Shown piece by piece: positions 36,524 through 47,000 of a stretch of 63,323 bases of DNA (positions within the stretch are counted from its first letter, which is position 1; every line of letters starts with the position of its first letter). The notes under the pieces are model-generated. The model had not been told where the DNA came from, ran no database searches, and saw only the letters and a program-made list of their open reading frames with translations. Origin of the DNA: Minisyncoccota bacterium (lineage in GTDB: Bacteria > Patescibacteriota > Minisyncoccia > Phycocordibacterales > PALSA-1337); contig JAGOQK010000004.1 of the NCBI GenBank assembly GCA_017991475.1, positions 7,227 to 70,549 of the forward strand, given 5' to 3'. Position numbers and translations under genes: made by a program.

Positions 36524-37405
36524 TTATGGCTGCCATGAGACTGAGTCGGATACCATTCCTGAGGAGCTATTGCACCCAACTGATACAGTTACACTGCCAT
36601 TGCCACCATCTGCATCAAAAAGGGCCGAGGGAATATTAATGGGTATAGCAGAAGTTTGATTAAGTCCACTATCATAGGATCCCGGTTCAACCTCCTCTAC
36701 ATATCCGCTCGGATTGGTTGTGATCCAATATCCGCATCCAGTTATGGTGCCTGAAGATGTCCATGTAAGATCAAATGAATGATATGGTCCATCTGCTCCC
36801 GTAAAAGACAGCGAAGTAGTAACCGATGCACCTGGCTCATTATTCCCACTTGCGACCGTACCTTCGCACGCACCAGCATCCTCATTGAGCACAATGCCTC
36901 CTGTAGTTGCTGTGTACTTACCGCCCTTCGCGTCCTGACAGATGAATCCCCCTGTTCCGATCGGCTTCAGGGCTGAATATATCGCATAGTCTGTAGGTAT
37001 ACTGCCACACGCAGTGGCGTTGGTCGTGATTGCGACGCCTGCTGATGTTAGACTGGGATTGAGATTTCCCGAAGCACAGTTGCCAGCACCACCTACATAC
37101 CCGGTTGCAGCATCAGTACCTTGTTGCTTCAGGATATCATCAACAACCGCCTTCAAGTCAGCTGACAAGTTCCCATAAAAAGCAAACCCGTCTCCGCTCG
37201 ACTGGAGTCCCGAATACCCCATAGTTGTTCGAGTAAGCTCCAGAGCATTGCGCGCCTGACCAGTCGCCTGTAATATACGAGCCTTTAGCGCCTTATCACG
37301 TGCACCCTGAAGACTCACAAGCACCACGCTTGAAAGAAGACCAATAATCGAAATGACGACGAGAAGCTCGATGAGGGTGAATCCTTTCTGTGTATTGGTG
37401 TGCAT
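36524..37405 (-). CDS. Type IV pilin-like protein (prepilin N-methylation motif) with an extra C-terminal domain
   Basis: KGFTLIELLVVISIIGLLSSVVL, ARDKA. Confidence 0.93.
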   Translation of the reverse strand: MHTNTQKGFTLIELLVVISIIGLLSSVVLVSLQGARDKALKARILQATGQARNALELTRTTMGYSGLQSSGDGFAFYGNLSADLKAVVDDILKQQGTDAATGYVGGAGNCASGNLNPSLTSAGVAITTNATACGSIPTDYAIYSALKPIGTGGFICQDAKGGKYTATTGGIVLNEDAGACEGTVASGNNEPGASVTTSLSFTGADGPYHSFDLTWTSSGTITGCGYWITTNPSGYVEEVEPGSYDSGLNQTSAIPINIPSALFDADGGNGSVTVSVGCNSSSGMVSDSVSWQP

Positions 37406-37417
37406 GAATGATATAAA

Positions 37418-38272
37418 TTACTTAACTTGAGCTAATGTGTGCGTAGAGAGTCCTTGAGCATATATTTGCTCTATATCCGATGCCGCGAGAGCTTGTGTGT
37501 AAATTACCGCATCATCAATCAATCCCTTAAAATTATACGATGAATTCGATGGGATTTTTCCTACACCAAGCGAGGAAACTGATCTGTTTGCAAGTAGCGT
37601 TGACCCCTGGGGTGTTCCAACTCTCCTCCCATCAACATACATACTAATAGTTGAACCATCATATGAACATGCGACGAAGTGCCATTTTGCAACAGCAAGG
37701 AGACCGCCGACCTGTGTATTTGTACTTGACTGACCACATTGTATATATCGATTTGTCTGATCATATATAAGAAGGCTCGCCAAAACCCCCCCAGCTCCAG
37801 GAACTCGAATGACAGTGAGTCCATTTGCGGTAACATCAGTTGCATTCTTAATATAAATCCAACCTCCAATTGTCCAGCTACTAGGGAATGAAGGAGCAGT
37901 GACAAAAGATGCTATTTCACATCCACCCGTACCACTAAAATCGCCTGAATAGCCACTGTTACCCGGCTTCGTATCTGAGCTGATGAGACCTGTGCAGGTT
38001 AAATTTCTATTACTCCCAGAGAAATCGAAAAGTGATGAAATTGTACCTGCTGTCGAATTAAAATCATACTGCGCAAATGCATCCGCACCAAAAGCCCTAT
38101 ATGTATGCGTCGCAAATGTCAGACCAGCACCAATCCTCCCCTTATCACGCGCGCCGCTGAGACTCACGAGCACCACGCTCGATAGCATACCAATGATGGA
38201 TATGACGACGAGAAGCTCGATGAGGGTGAAGCCTCGTTCTCTAGCGTGCCTTGAAATGTCATTTGTATGCAT
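37418..38272 (-). CDS. Type IV pilin-like protein with a LamG domain
   Basis: RGFTLIELLVVISIIG; WHFVACSYDG, YVDG, GLIDDAVIY. Confidence 0.93.
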   Translation of the reverse strand: MHTNDISRHARERGFTLIELLVVISIIGMLSSVVLVSLSGARDKGRIGAGLTFATHTYRAFGADAFAQYDFNSTAGTISSLFDFSGSNRNLTCTGLISSDTKPGNSGYSGDFSGTGGCEIASFVTAPSFPSSWTIGGWIYIKNATDVTANGLTVIRVPGAGGVLASLLIYDQTNRYIQCGQSSTNTQVGGLLAVAKWHFVACSYDGSTISMYVDGRRVGTPQGSTLLANRSVSSLGVGKIPSNSSYNFKGLIDDAVIYTQALAASDIEQIYAQGLSTHTLAQVK

Positions 38273-38290
38273 AAATAAAAAGTACAGAGC

Positions 38291-38404
38291 CTAAAGGAAA
38301 TACTTGATAATGACGACAGTGGCGACGATATTTGCGATGACGGTCATACCGAATACGACATAGATCGAGCGAGGAAGCTTGGAGTGATGGGTTTTGATCT
38401 TCAT
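38291..38404 (-). CDS. Small membrane protein (37 aa, absent from the ORF track)
   Basis: MKIKTHHSKLPRSIYVVFGMTVIANIVATVVIIKYFL; ATGA overlap with the upstream gene's stop. Confidence 0.65.
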   Translation of the reverse strand: MKIKTHHSKLPRSIYVVFGMTVIANIVATVVIIKYFL

Positions 38405-38652
38405 AGCAAAAAATACTTGATTACCGCAAATGTGATAATAATGTTGACAATAACAAGACCAACAAGCACTATCTGTGCACTATTGGATGATTTGACGATA
38501 CCCTTCCTCATGAGCCACTGAATCATTCGCGGCTCATTCCCTCCCATTTGTTGGCCAGGAAATGCAGATGGTTGACCTTGCTGAAAACCGCTCGCCGTCG
38601 GACGACGCGCATACTTCAGATTATCTTCGTCAAATTCTACGCCTGATGACAT
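38401..38652 (-). CDS. Small C-terminally anchored membrane protein
   Basis: 83 aa; MIQWLMRKGIVK then a TM helix. Confidence 0.8.
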   Translation of the reverse strand: MSSGVEFDEDNLKYARRPTASGFQQGQPSAFPGQQMGGNEPRMIQWLMRKGIVKSSNSAQIVLVGLVIVNIIITFAVIKYFLL

Positions 38653-38700
38653 AATTGTATGTTAATTATAGCAAATATACGCCAGACAAAGGCACGCCAA

Positions 38701-39564
38701 TTATGTGGATAGTATGATCTTAAGCTTCTCTTCCACCACCTTTTGCATGGCCAATTTCGCTGATTTGAGATACTTATATGGTGCAACCTCGTCAGGATTT
38801 TCAGAAAATGCCCTGAGCAGACCTGATCTATATGCGATACGAAGCTCGGTATTGACATGGACGATAGTGACACCCGCTTTGATCGCAGCACGAATATCCT
38901 CTGCGCTATTGCCCGAAGCTCCGTGTAGAACGAGTGGAATATGTGCTGATTGGAAAATTTCACCCACACGCCCAGTATTGAGCGCAGGATCACCCCCTTT
39001 GACTACCCCGTGAATATTTCCGACCGCCGGAGCAAGCAGATCAACGCCCGTCTCCTGTACAAATCGCGCCGCATCCTCAGGTGTAGTCATGGCAGCATCG
39101 CCAACAACAGCACCTTCGGGTATAGCATCCAGAATCTTGGATGACGTACCAATGAATCCAAGCTCACCTTCGATAAGCACATCGCGACCACAGGCTCGAG
39201 CATATTCGACGCATTTCTTTGCCTGAGCAACATTTTCTTCGAAGCTGAGTTGTGCACCATCGAAAATAGCTGCGTCATAACCAGCATCTATAGCCTCCTT
39301 AACGCGTTCGAACGAATAGGTGTGATCGGCATTCAAAAATACAGGCTGTCCGCGCTCTTCACGGATACTCTTCACAACCGCCGCAATCTGGCGTACGCCA
39401 ACATAGTCACGCTCACCTTCAGACACGCCGATGATGACTGGAACACCGAGCTCTTTTGCTGCATCAACGACCGCCCAGACACCATCAAGCGTCGAAATAT
39501 TAAAATGACCTATGGCGACCCCATTCTTTTTCGCCTCGGCGATGTATTCTCGTAGTGTTTTCAT
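38701..39564 (-). CDS. fba: Class II fructose-bisphosphate aldolase
   Basis: NADHT, EGELG, APAVGNIHG, LVLHGASG, VNTELR; start set to ATG 39564. Confidence 0.93.
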   Translation of the reverse strand: MKTLREYIAEAKKNGVAIGHFNISTLDGVWAVVDAAKELGVPVIIGVSEGERDYVGVRQIAAVVKSIREERGQPVFLNADHTYSFERVKEAIDAGYDAAIFDGAQLSFEENVAQAKKCVEYARACGRDVLIEGELGFIGTSSKILDAIPEGAVVGDAAMTTPEDAARFVQETGVDLLAPAVGNIHGVVKGGDPALNTGRVGEIFQSAHIPLVLHGASGNSAEDIRAAIKAGVTIVHVNTELRIAYRSGLLRAFSENPDEVAPYKYLKSAKLAMQKVVEEKLKIILST

Positions 39565-39604
39565 AAATATCATTATAGCATACGCAAACTAGTGGCCCGG
39601 CATA

Positions 39605-39708
39605 TGGGGTGCGGCATGTGTATTTTGAGTGTGCTTCGCAGAACGGTTCACCAAAGTGTAGTGTACAAACACAACGAAGCACACTCAAAATACACATGCC
39701 GCACCCCA
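39605..39708. repeat. Perfect 34-bp inverted repeat around a 36-nt core (cruciform element, copy 1)
   Basis: 39605..39638 is the exact reverse complement of 39675..39708. Confidence 0.95.
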
Positions 39709-39745
39709 CCTGACGGGCAAACCATTTTCATGATAAAATAAATAC

Positions 39746-40744
39746 ATGTTCAACAAGAAGCTCGACCTCATCACTATCGGCGACATAACCACCGATGCGT
39801 TCATTCGTCTCAAGGAAGCTGAAATTCATTGCAAGATTGACCATGGTTCATGCGAGATCTGTATGCCTTTTGGCGACAAAATCCCATTTGAATATGCAAA
39901 AGTCGTGAAGGGCGTCGGCAACGCCGCAAATGCCGCAGTTGCAGGTGCGCGTCTCGGCCTAACCTCGGCACTCGTCGCAAATATCGGCGACGACCAGAAT
40001 GGCCGCGAGTGCAAACTCGAGCTCCAGAAGAACGGCGTCATCGATTCATATGTCAAAGTCAACAAAGGTAAAACAACCAACTATCACTTCGTACTCTGGT
40101 ACAGTGATGAACGCACGATACTCGTCAACCATGTTGATTATCCATACGAACTCCCCAAGAAGCTTCCCGCGCCCAAGTGGCTCTACCTCACATCCATGGC
40201 CTCCAATACATTCCCGTACCACATGGCGATCGCTGACTATATCGAAGCCCATCCCGATACGCGTCTCGCATTCCAGCCAGGAACATTCCAAATGAAGCTC
40301 GGGTTCGACGAGCTCAAACGCATCTACGCCCGCACCGATGTATTCATCGTCAATGTGGAAGAAGCTCAGCGCATGCTCAAAACTGACAATCGTGACGTGA
40401 AGGAGCTCATGAAGAAACTCCGCGAATATGGTCCCAAGCTCATCCTGATCACCGATGGTCCAAAAGGCGCCTATATGTTCGATGGCGATCATTACTACTT
40501 CATGCCGATATATCCCGATCCCAAGCCTCCGATCGAGCGTACGGGATGCGGTGACGCTTTCGCTTCGACCTTCGTATGTGCGCTTGCTCGAGGCAAATCG
40601 CCTCTCGAAGCCCTGACCTGGGCGCCCGTCAATCCGATGTCTGTCGCACAATTCGTCGGTGCCCAAGAAGGACTCCTTACTGAACAGCAGATAGAGTGGT
40701 GGCTCAAGCAAGCTCCGAACGACTACCGAGCGCGGGAGATCTAA
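39746..40744 (+). CDS. PfkB-family carbohydrate kinase
   Basis: GNAANAAV, ITDGPKGA, ERTGCGDAF. Confidence 0.94.
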   Translation: MFNKKLDLITIGDITTDAFIRLKEAEIHCKIDHGSCEICMPFGDKIPFEYAKVVKGVGNAANAAVAGARLGLTSALVANIGDDQNGRECKLELQKNGVIDSYVKVNKGKTTNYHFVLWYSDERTILVNHVDYPYELPKKLPAPKWLYLTSMASNTFPYHMAIADYIEAHPDTRLAFQPGTFQMKLGFDELKRIYARTDVFIVNVEEAQRMLKTDNRDVKELMKKLREYGPKLILITDGPKGAYMFDGDHYYFMPIYPDPKPPIERTGCGDAFASTFVCALARGKSPLEALTWAPVNPMSVAQFVGAQEGLLTEQQIEWWLKQAPNDYRAREI

Positions 40745-40806
40745 ATTTGAGGCAAAAAAATCCGCGTAGACCTCAGAGAGATCTACGCGGGTGAAAAGAA
40801 CTGCTG

Positions 40807-42285
40807 TTATGGCGGCGTCAAACGGAGCCTGAAGAATCTGCTTGGCTCGCCAGAGTTTATGGACGTTGTGTTGGTACGCCAACCTGAACCGACCAGTGTC
40901 GTACCTGGGACATCGTACCATTCTCTCGAAGAGAGATTCGTCGAATACTGAATCGTGTACGTCGCGTTGGTCGAGGTGTAGTATCCGAATTGAACCTCGT
41001 TTCCTTCTTGCTGTGCAAAGGAGGCAACTGAATTCGAAACGCCTGTGAAAAAGCCGTAGCTATCCCACACGATTGGAAACAGTTGTCGACTTCCCTCGAT
41101 AGGCAAATGAACCCCGTCTGCAGCTAGGTAACCCATCGACGAGAACCATAGGTATGACACACACTCATTCAAGCAATCAATAAAATCCTTCTTCGCTTGA
41201 ATGGCGAACTCGCGGATGATTTCGTTATGCACAACTGTGATTGTATCAGTAGTCAAATAGTCCACATCAGATGATGTCAGTGGCGTACCGATATACTTGA
41301 ACAAGGCATTCGGCAAGGAATTTGACCAAGCCAGATCACACTCGATAAGACCATCGAGAGTTGACTGGTCAGCAAACTCCTTCATGTGCCATAGAAGCGT
41401 GACATTTGTCCTATTGCCCGCATCCGACAATACCTTGAAGATCGGGTTGCGGATGTTGACGGACACATTTGTCACTGATCTGAGCGCAATACCACCCTTG
41501 TCGATAAATGTCGCGACGATCCCTGGCGCAGTCGTATCCTCGATGTAGGGACCAACCACTATGTTGTTTCCCGTGATTCCATCGATCTTCATCCGATAAT
41601 AGTTCGGGGGTAGATCAATGAGCACAGGAAATCCTTCACCTTCAGCATTCGCCGTGTATGTGTTCGTGACGAGCACTACTCCGAACGGTCCACCGTTGGT
41701 CGAAATGGAGATAGCGATATCGCCGCCCGCAATGTTCTTTGCCATCAATGGACCAAGTCGAGTGCATCGTAATCCCCACGGATTATGCTGATTGTTCCAG
41801 GTCATGCTCCCGCCAGGAGTGACCAGACCGAAGTCTGTAAACCAGTACTTGCTCCAAGCAAGTATGTTGGAAGAATATGACATGTTGATCCACTGCGCTC
41901 CGCCAGACATGACGGACATGGTGTGGTTACGATAATTATTCATCGCGTACCCAGCGACCCCATATTTCTTAATGAGCGCATCCACCAGACAAGCTCCAAA
42001 GGACCGATATGAGTCAGCCATGCTATCACCGAAAACGATTACGATGACACGATCTATCGGCGACCCTTCTCGGAAAGCCGTAGAAAGCGGATGCTCGTAG
42101 CTCACCGTGGTCAATAGATGATGAGTCGGCGGACCACCGATCGAGGCCGTCGAGAGTCCAGGTTCGAGAACATGGAAGTCCTGAATCTGAGCCGATTGTT
42201 TGGGGGGCAAAGGCCCACCATCTGCACTGCCGCAAAAAAGGAGCGCTGCCGCTCCAAGAGACATTAGGGACATCGTGGTATTCAT
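40807..42285 (-). CDS. Secreted SGNH-hydrolase-like protein with a C-terminal QYSTNL..W..RFFRL module
   Basis: Signal peptide; FGDS, KGGI, ADGVHL; C-terminal YTIQYSTNLSSREW...RFFRL. Confidence 0.78.
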   Translation of the reverse strand: MNTTMSLMSLGAAALLFCGSADGGPLPPKQSAQIQDFHVLEPGLSTASIGGPPTHHLLTTVSYEHPLSTAFREGSPIDRVIVIVFGDSMADSYRSFGACLVDALIKKYGVAGYAMNNYRNHTMSVMSGGAQWINMSYSSNILAWSKYWFTDFGLVTPGGSMTWNNQHNPWGLRCTRLGPLMAKNIAGGDIAISISTNGGPFGVVLVTNTYTANAEGEGFPVLIDLPPNYYRMKIDGITGNNIVVGPYIEDTTAPGIVATFIDKGGIALRSVTNVSVNIRNPIFKVLSDAGNRTNVTLLWHMKEFADQSTLDGLIECDLAWSNSLPNALFKYIGTPLTSSDVDYLTTDTITVVHNEIIREFAIQAKKDFIDCLNECVSYLWFSSMGYLAADGVHLPIEGSRQLFPIVWDSYGFFTGVSNSVASFAQQEGNEVQFGYYTSTNATYTIQYSTNLSSREWYDVPGTTLVGSGWRTNTTSINSGEPSRFFRLRLTPP

Positions 42286-42502
42286 TCGTTATTCCTTCAT
42301 TTTGTTGTTTTATTGTCAAAGAATCCACTTATATCTATAACAAATATAATTGGACTTGTCAATATTAGGTGTTGACATGCTGTGAAAATAGGTTAATATC
42401 GAGAAGAACGCTCTTTGTTATATCTGAAGAAAACGGGGTTAGATAAGCCTCATCCAGATGTTTCTGGATACCTCAGACCATACGAGAAAGCGAGTACTGA
42501 AC

Positions 42503-43939
42503 ATGAAAACGATCGATAGTCCCTTGAAACGAATGTACACCGCAGCTTGCATCTGCCTTCTGATTGCATTCATCATGACAACGCCGGCATCACGGGCTGA
42601 AACATTCTATCTTGCCTCGAAGTGCAAGGAGAAAGTCCAGCTCAGCCCCCCGCTCCCCGGTAATCAATACCCAGGAGCATCTCTTCACCGGGTCATTCCC
42701 GACGAAAGCATCTGGGTCATCAACGACTGCGGCATGACCGAAAAAGAAATTGGCGACATCGTTGACAGGGTCGCAACCCACATCACCGAAGTCAGGATCC
42801 TGAATGCGCTCGAAGAGCTCAACAAACCGGTCAAGCAGCCCGTCGTGATTCCTACGCCGCGTCCCGCATTCACGAACTTCTACAACCGCACCAATATGAA
42901 TATCGGCGCGGGAATCGCTCTCATGGAAACCATGAGGCCCGGCATCAGCACAAACTTCACAAAGGAGCAGCGCGCTGTCAGAACCAACGAAACGCTCAAG
43001 ACAAAGAAGATGCAGATGCTTCCGCCGCACATCCGTAAGAGCAATCCGGAATACAAGAAGCTCCTCCATGAGTTCATGCAGGAGCGCAAGCAGCAACAAC
43101 CCAAAGAAGAGAAACAGCGGGGCCAAGGTGACGGCGCAGGCGAAATATTTGAGGATACCTCATTCTTCGCAATCCACCTCAAAACACTCGCCGCACCTAC
43201 TCCGCAGAAGTATCCCCTATGGGACGGAACGAACCTGACTATCTGGCAACAATTCAAGCCAGGCGTGTCGAGGTACAGCCAATTCGTGGGAGGAACAAAC
43301 GTCTACACGGACTTCAAGGATAGCACCGATGTTGAGCTCATCGAATCACCGTTCTTCAATCTCGCGCTCCGATATCCAGACACTGTCGCGCGTGAGGTCA
43401 ACCACTGGCCTTGTGCCGAAGTCAACTTCTATGGATTCTGCGACTATGGAACGGAATTTGACGTAACGAATCGAATGCACATGCTTCCTTATGGAGTATC
43501 CTGTGGATGGGATGTTGCTCCAGATCCGTTCTGCAGCATGGCGCTTCCTCACATCGTGCTGGTTCCGATATCAATGAATGGACCGGATGATCCGCCATTC
43601 TTCTTTCCGACTCCGCAGGGCGATCCTCATATCCAAAAACCATTTGGTCAACCCCCAAGGCTACAAATACAGTCGGGCGGACCAAGCTTCAGCACAATCG
43701 AAGTCCAAGAAACCGGCGATCTCGCATCCACCGCATCATCGAGCAGCTCAATGATGCGTGCGGGACAGATGGAGGGATTATCATCGATGAGTCTTACCGG
43801 CTTCGACTACGGAGTAACATGGACCCATGTCACAAATGCGACAACTGACGCAACAGGAATGATGCGTGTTGAGTTGCCCATGACGAGCGATTCTCGTTTC
43901 TACCGAGTTATTGGGACCAAGACCAATGTAGTTGACTAA
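42503..43939 (+). CDS. Secreted hypothetical protein with a related C-terminal W..RFYRV module
   Basis: Signal ending in SRA; C-terminal TWTHVTN...SRFYRV; start set to ATG 42503. Confidence 0.78.
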   Translation: MKTIDSPLKRMYTAACICLLIAFIMTTPASRAETFYLASKCKEKVQLSPPLPGNQYPGASLHRVIPDESIWVINDCGMTEKEIGDIVDRVATHITEVRILNALEELNKPVKQPVVIPTPRPAFTNFYNRTNMNIGAGIALMETMRPGISTNFTKEQRAVRTNETLKTKKMQMLPPHIRKSNPEYKKLLHEFMQERKQQQPKEEKQRGQGDGAGEIFEDTSFFAIHLKTLAAPTPQKYPLWDGTNLTIWQQFKPGVSRYSQFVGGTNVYTDFKDSTDVELIESPFFNLALRYPDTVAREVNHWPCAEVNFYGFCDYGTEFDVTNRMHMLPYGVSCGWDVAPDPFCSMALPHIVLVPISMNGPDDPPFFFPTPQGDPHIQKPFGQPPRLQIQSGGPSFSTIEVQETGDLASTASSSSSMMRAGQMEGLSSMSLTGFDYGVTWTHVTNATTDATGMMRVELPMTSDSRFYRVIGTKTNVVD

Positions 43940-43948
43940 CCTCTATTC

Positions 43949-43985
43949 AAGCGCGTGACGCCCTGTGCATCACGCGCTTTTTTTA
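43949..43985 (+). terminator. Intrinsic terminator between convergent genes
   Basis: aagcgcgtga/tcacgcgctt stem plus a T-run. Confidence 0.82.
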
Positions 43986-44006
43986 TACAAATTTTTATAT
44001 AGTGAT

Positions 44007-47000
44007 TTATTGAGATGCCTCTTGTTCGTCGTCCGCAACCGCAGCATTTTCAACTGGCACTGACTCCTCTTCGAGGTTATCTTGCTCGCTTTGTTCATCT
44101 GTCTGATCAGCACCTGAATCAGATGAATCAACCACATCAGTTGCTCCTATGTCGTCCTCGTCGGCTACTGCAGAATCAGCCTGATCCGATTCATTCCCCT
44201 CTTCAGTATCATCGACTGATTCAGTGTCACCCTGGGTAGCCTCTTCATCATCTCCCGAAGTCTCAGGGGTTGTCGTAGAGACATCCTCATTATCATCGAC
44301 AAGAACGGGGGTGGTTGTTGCTTGTTCATCATCCAACTCAGATGATGCATCATCGTTCGCAACTTCATTATTATTCTCGTCGTTATTAGGCACGACCTCT
44401 CTCGTCCGACCGCCCGCGTCAATAAGAAGAGCTTTGAATTGGTCTTTGGTTACACAGACATCGTCGACACACACATCATTCTGCACCGTAAGCGTATTCC
44501 CGACAAACCATGCGAGAATCGAATTGACCTTACTGATCAATTCTTTGAGCGCCTTCACGAGGACAGAGAGCACCGCACGATCATCGATACCACTCAACTT
44601 ACCATCTGCAGCATAGGTGACGAGATGCTCATCGACATTCTCTGTGTCTTCTGCGATAAATCCATAGCGAGTGCGCTGATCGCCGTCATTATAAACAAAT
44701 GAGGTCGGCTCGAGATCCGCTACAATACCCAGAGCATCGAGATCCAGGGCTTCGATATCATGCTTCGTGTCACGGAGCGAAGGGAGACATGCGTCAGTTC
44801 CCGCGTTGTAGACGAGCTCACCAGCCGTAGTAAGACATACTGAGCCGGCACCGGTCGATGCGGTAAGACCGCTGAATGCCGCCGTACCCGCGACTGAGAG
44901 CGAGCGCCACGGCGAGGTCGTAGCGACGCCCACATTTCCTCCTCCGTTGAACACTGCGTCATAATTGTTAGTTCCCCCTGTCACCGCAGAAACATATAGA
45001 CCTATATTGCTTGCCGTCGCCCCGGACCATGTACCCGTGGATGATATGTTGATACCTGATTTTATAATATTTGACGTAGACGTCGCGGTATTGTTGACAG
45101 AGATACCACTGAATGCAGAAGTCTTGGCTGTAGCGCTCGATGAAAGCGCAATATCAAGAATGTGAGATGGCGATGTGTCATTGATGCCAATATTACCGAC
45201 ACTATCGATAGTCATTCGTGATGTTCCTGTGGGCGTATTTGTTGCTGTGGCAGTATAGAAATCATGTTGCGTTGCTGACTGCAAAGTTCCCGTGCCACCT
45301 CCCCAGGTAATGACATTCGACGTACTCAAAGATGATGCCGAGAAAAATGCTACCGGACTTGCTGAGGTCAGATACGGTGCAAATGATACCTTTGCAATCT
45401 TGGTGGTGTAGTTCGTCCTTGTGGTAAGGTTACTTTCCGCACCGAGAATAAGAGTTGCTGGCGCTCCTCCATATGCGACATCGAGTCCTCCGTAGTGTTC
45501 TCCTGAAAATCCGAACCCTGCGGATGAACCTCCGATTTGTACTGCGCCAAACTTACCAATACTCAACCGAGTTGCGAGAGTTCCATCAGCAACTCCAGAG
45601 CTTCCAGGTGACATCGTCTTGAAATCGATCATCGAATATCCGCTTCCAGTTGATGTTCCAGATTGTAGGACAAGAGTTCCTCCGTTGCTATTTGTCAGGC
45701 CAGCCTTGGCTCCACCAGCTTGAATAGTCAGATTTCTTCCGCTTGTTGTCGTATTCCTCTCCACTGTTATGCTCCGCGCAGCATTGCCGCCAAACGAAAT
45801 GTCGGAAAGGGCACTCGTCGTCCCGATACCAAGACGAGTGTTCGTATTGTCCCAGAACAGACCAACTGCCTCAGAAAGTGTAGTGCCAGATGAGCCATAG
45901 TATGGTATGTATCCCGCCGTTCCACTCGTGACTGTGCCTGATCCTCCTCCTGCCGATATACAGGTACCGTTCACCGCAAAACAACCCGTTCGAATATTTA
46001 TACCGCTACCAAACGTTGATGTGGCTGTAGGCGAAAGATTGATAGTATCATTACCCGTAGCCCCAAGCGAGAGATGGGTACCCGGAGTAGTCGAACCTAT
46101 ACCTATATACCCTGCGGCAGTAACCACCGAGAGAGCTGTCCCGTTCACGCCCCATCGTTGCAAATTACCCGTCTTTCCTGAGACACCATTAACATAGAGG
46201 TCGATAAGCGTACTGTTTGCCTCTTGCACTTCGAGACGAGCGAGCGGAGCGACGCTCGTCGGAGAATCAGCGATCTTCATGCGACCTCCTGAAGTCATCG
46301 CTAAGCGTGCGTTGCTGCCAATACCCCAATACATACCATACGGATACACGGCATCATTACCCGGCATTGAAACAACACTCAGTCTCTGCGTCTGACCAAC
46401 ATCGCCGAGAACAAGCTCCTTATAAGAATTCTTGTGTCCATATATAAACCAACCCGCTCTTCCAAGTGTGGAGTCTGTACTTGGATTCATGACACCTTTC
46501 TGATTGTAAGTCTGAGTCGTTTGACCCGAAAGTATAAACTGGGGAAACATTGCACCACCAGAATTGTTCCAAATCTTGGACTGGAACTGACCGATCGATT
46601 GTTCAAATAGTATATTCGAAGCATAATCATATCCCTTGGCAGTAAGGTGCACACCAGGTGCATCAAGATATGCGTTCGCGTCCATCATCGTTGCATCTGG
46701 AAACAAATCGAAAAGATCGAAATACGCATGATCGTTATCGTTTGCGTACTTCTTCATATTGGCATTAGAAGCGATCTGTATTGTCGTATAGAAATCGCTA
46801 CGGTATGGTGATGACCCAATGAAGAACCAATCCGTCTCAGTGGTTCCTGCATCGAATTTCGCCTTGAGGCTTGGAAAATATGTGTTAAATATAGCTGAAT
46901 CATCCTTGGTTTCTACGAAAAGCAGATGCGGAGCAACATCAGCTATGAATGGTTCCACGATAGCTTGCGGCGTTTGATCATTCTCATCAAAATCTATTCC

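Noticed and set aside
39715-39724. c-di-GMP-I riboswitch start (GGGCAAACCA)
   Set aside because: The downstream GNRA stem and GACGCAAAGC core are absent, and the ATG follows about 20 nt later
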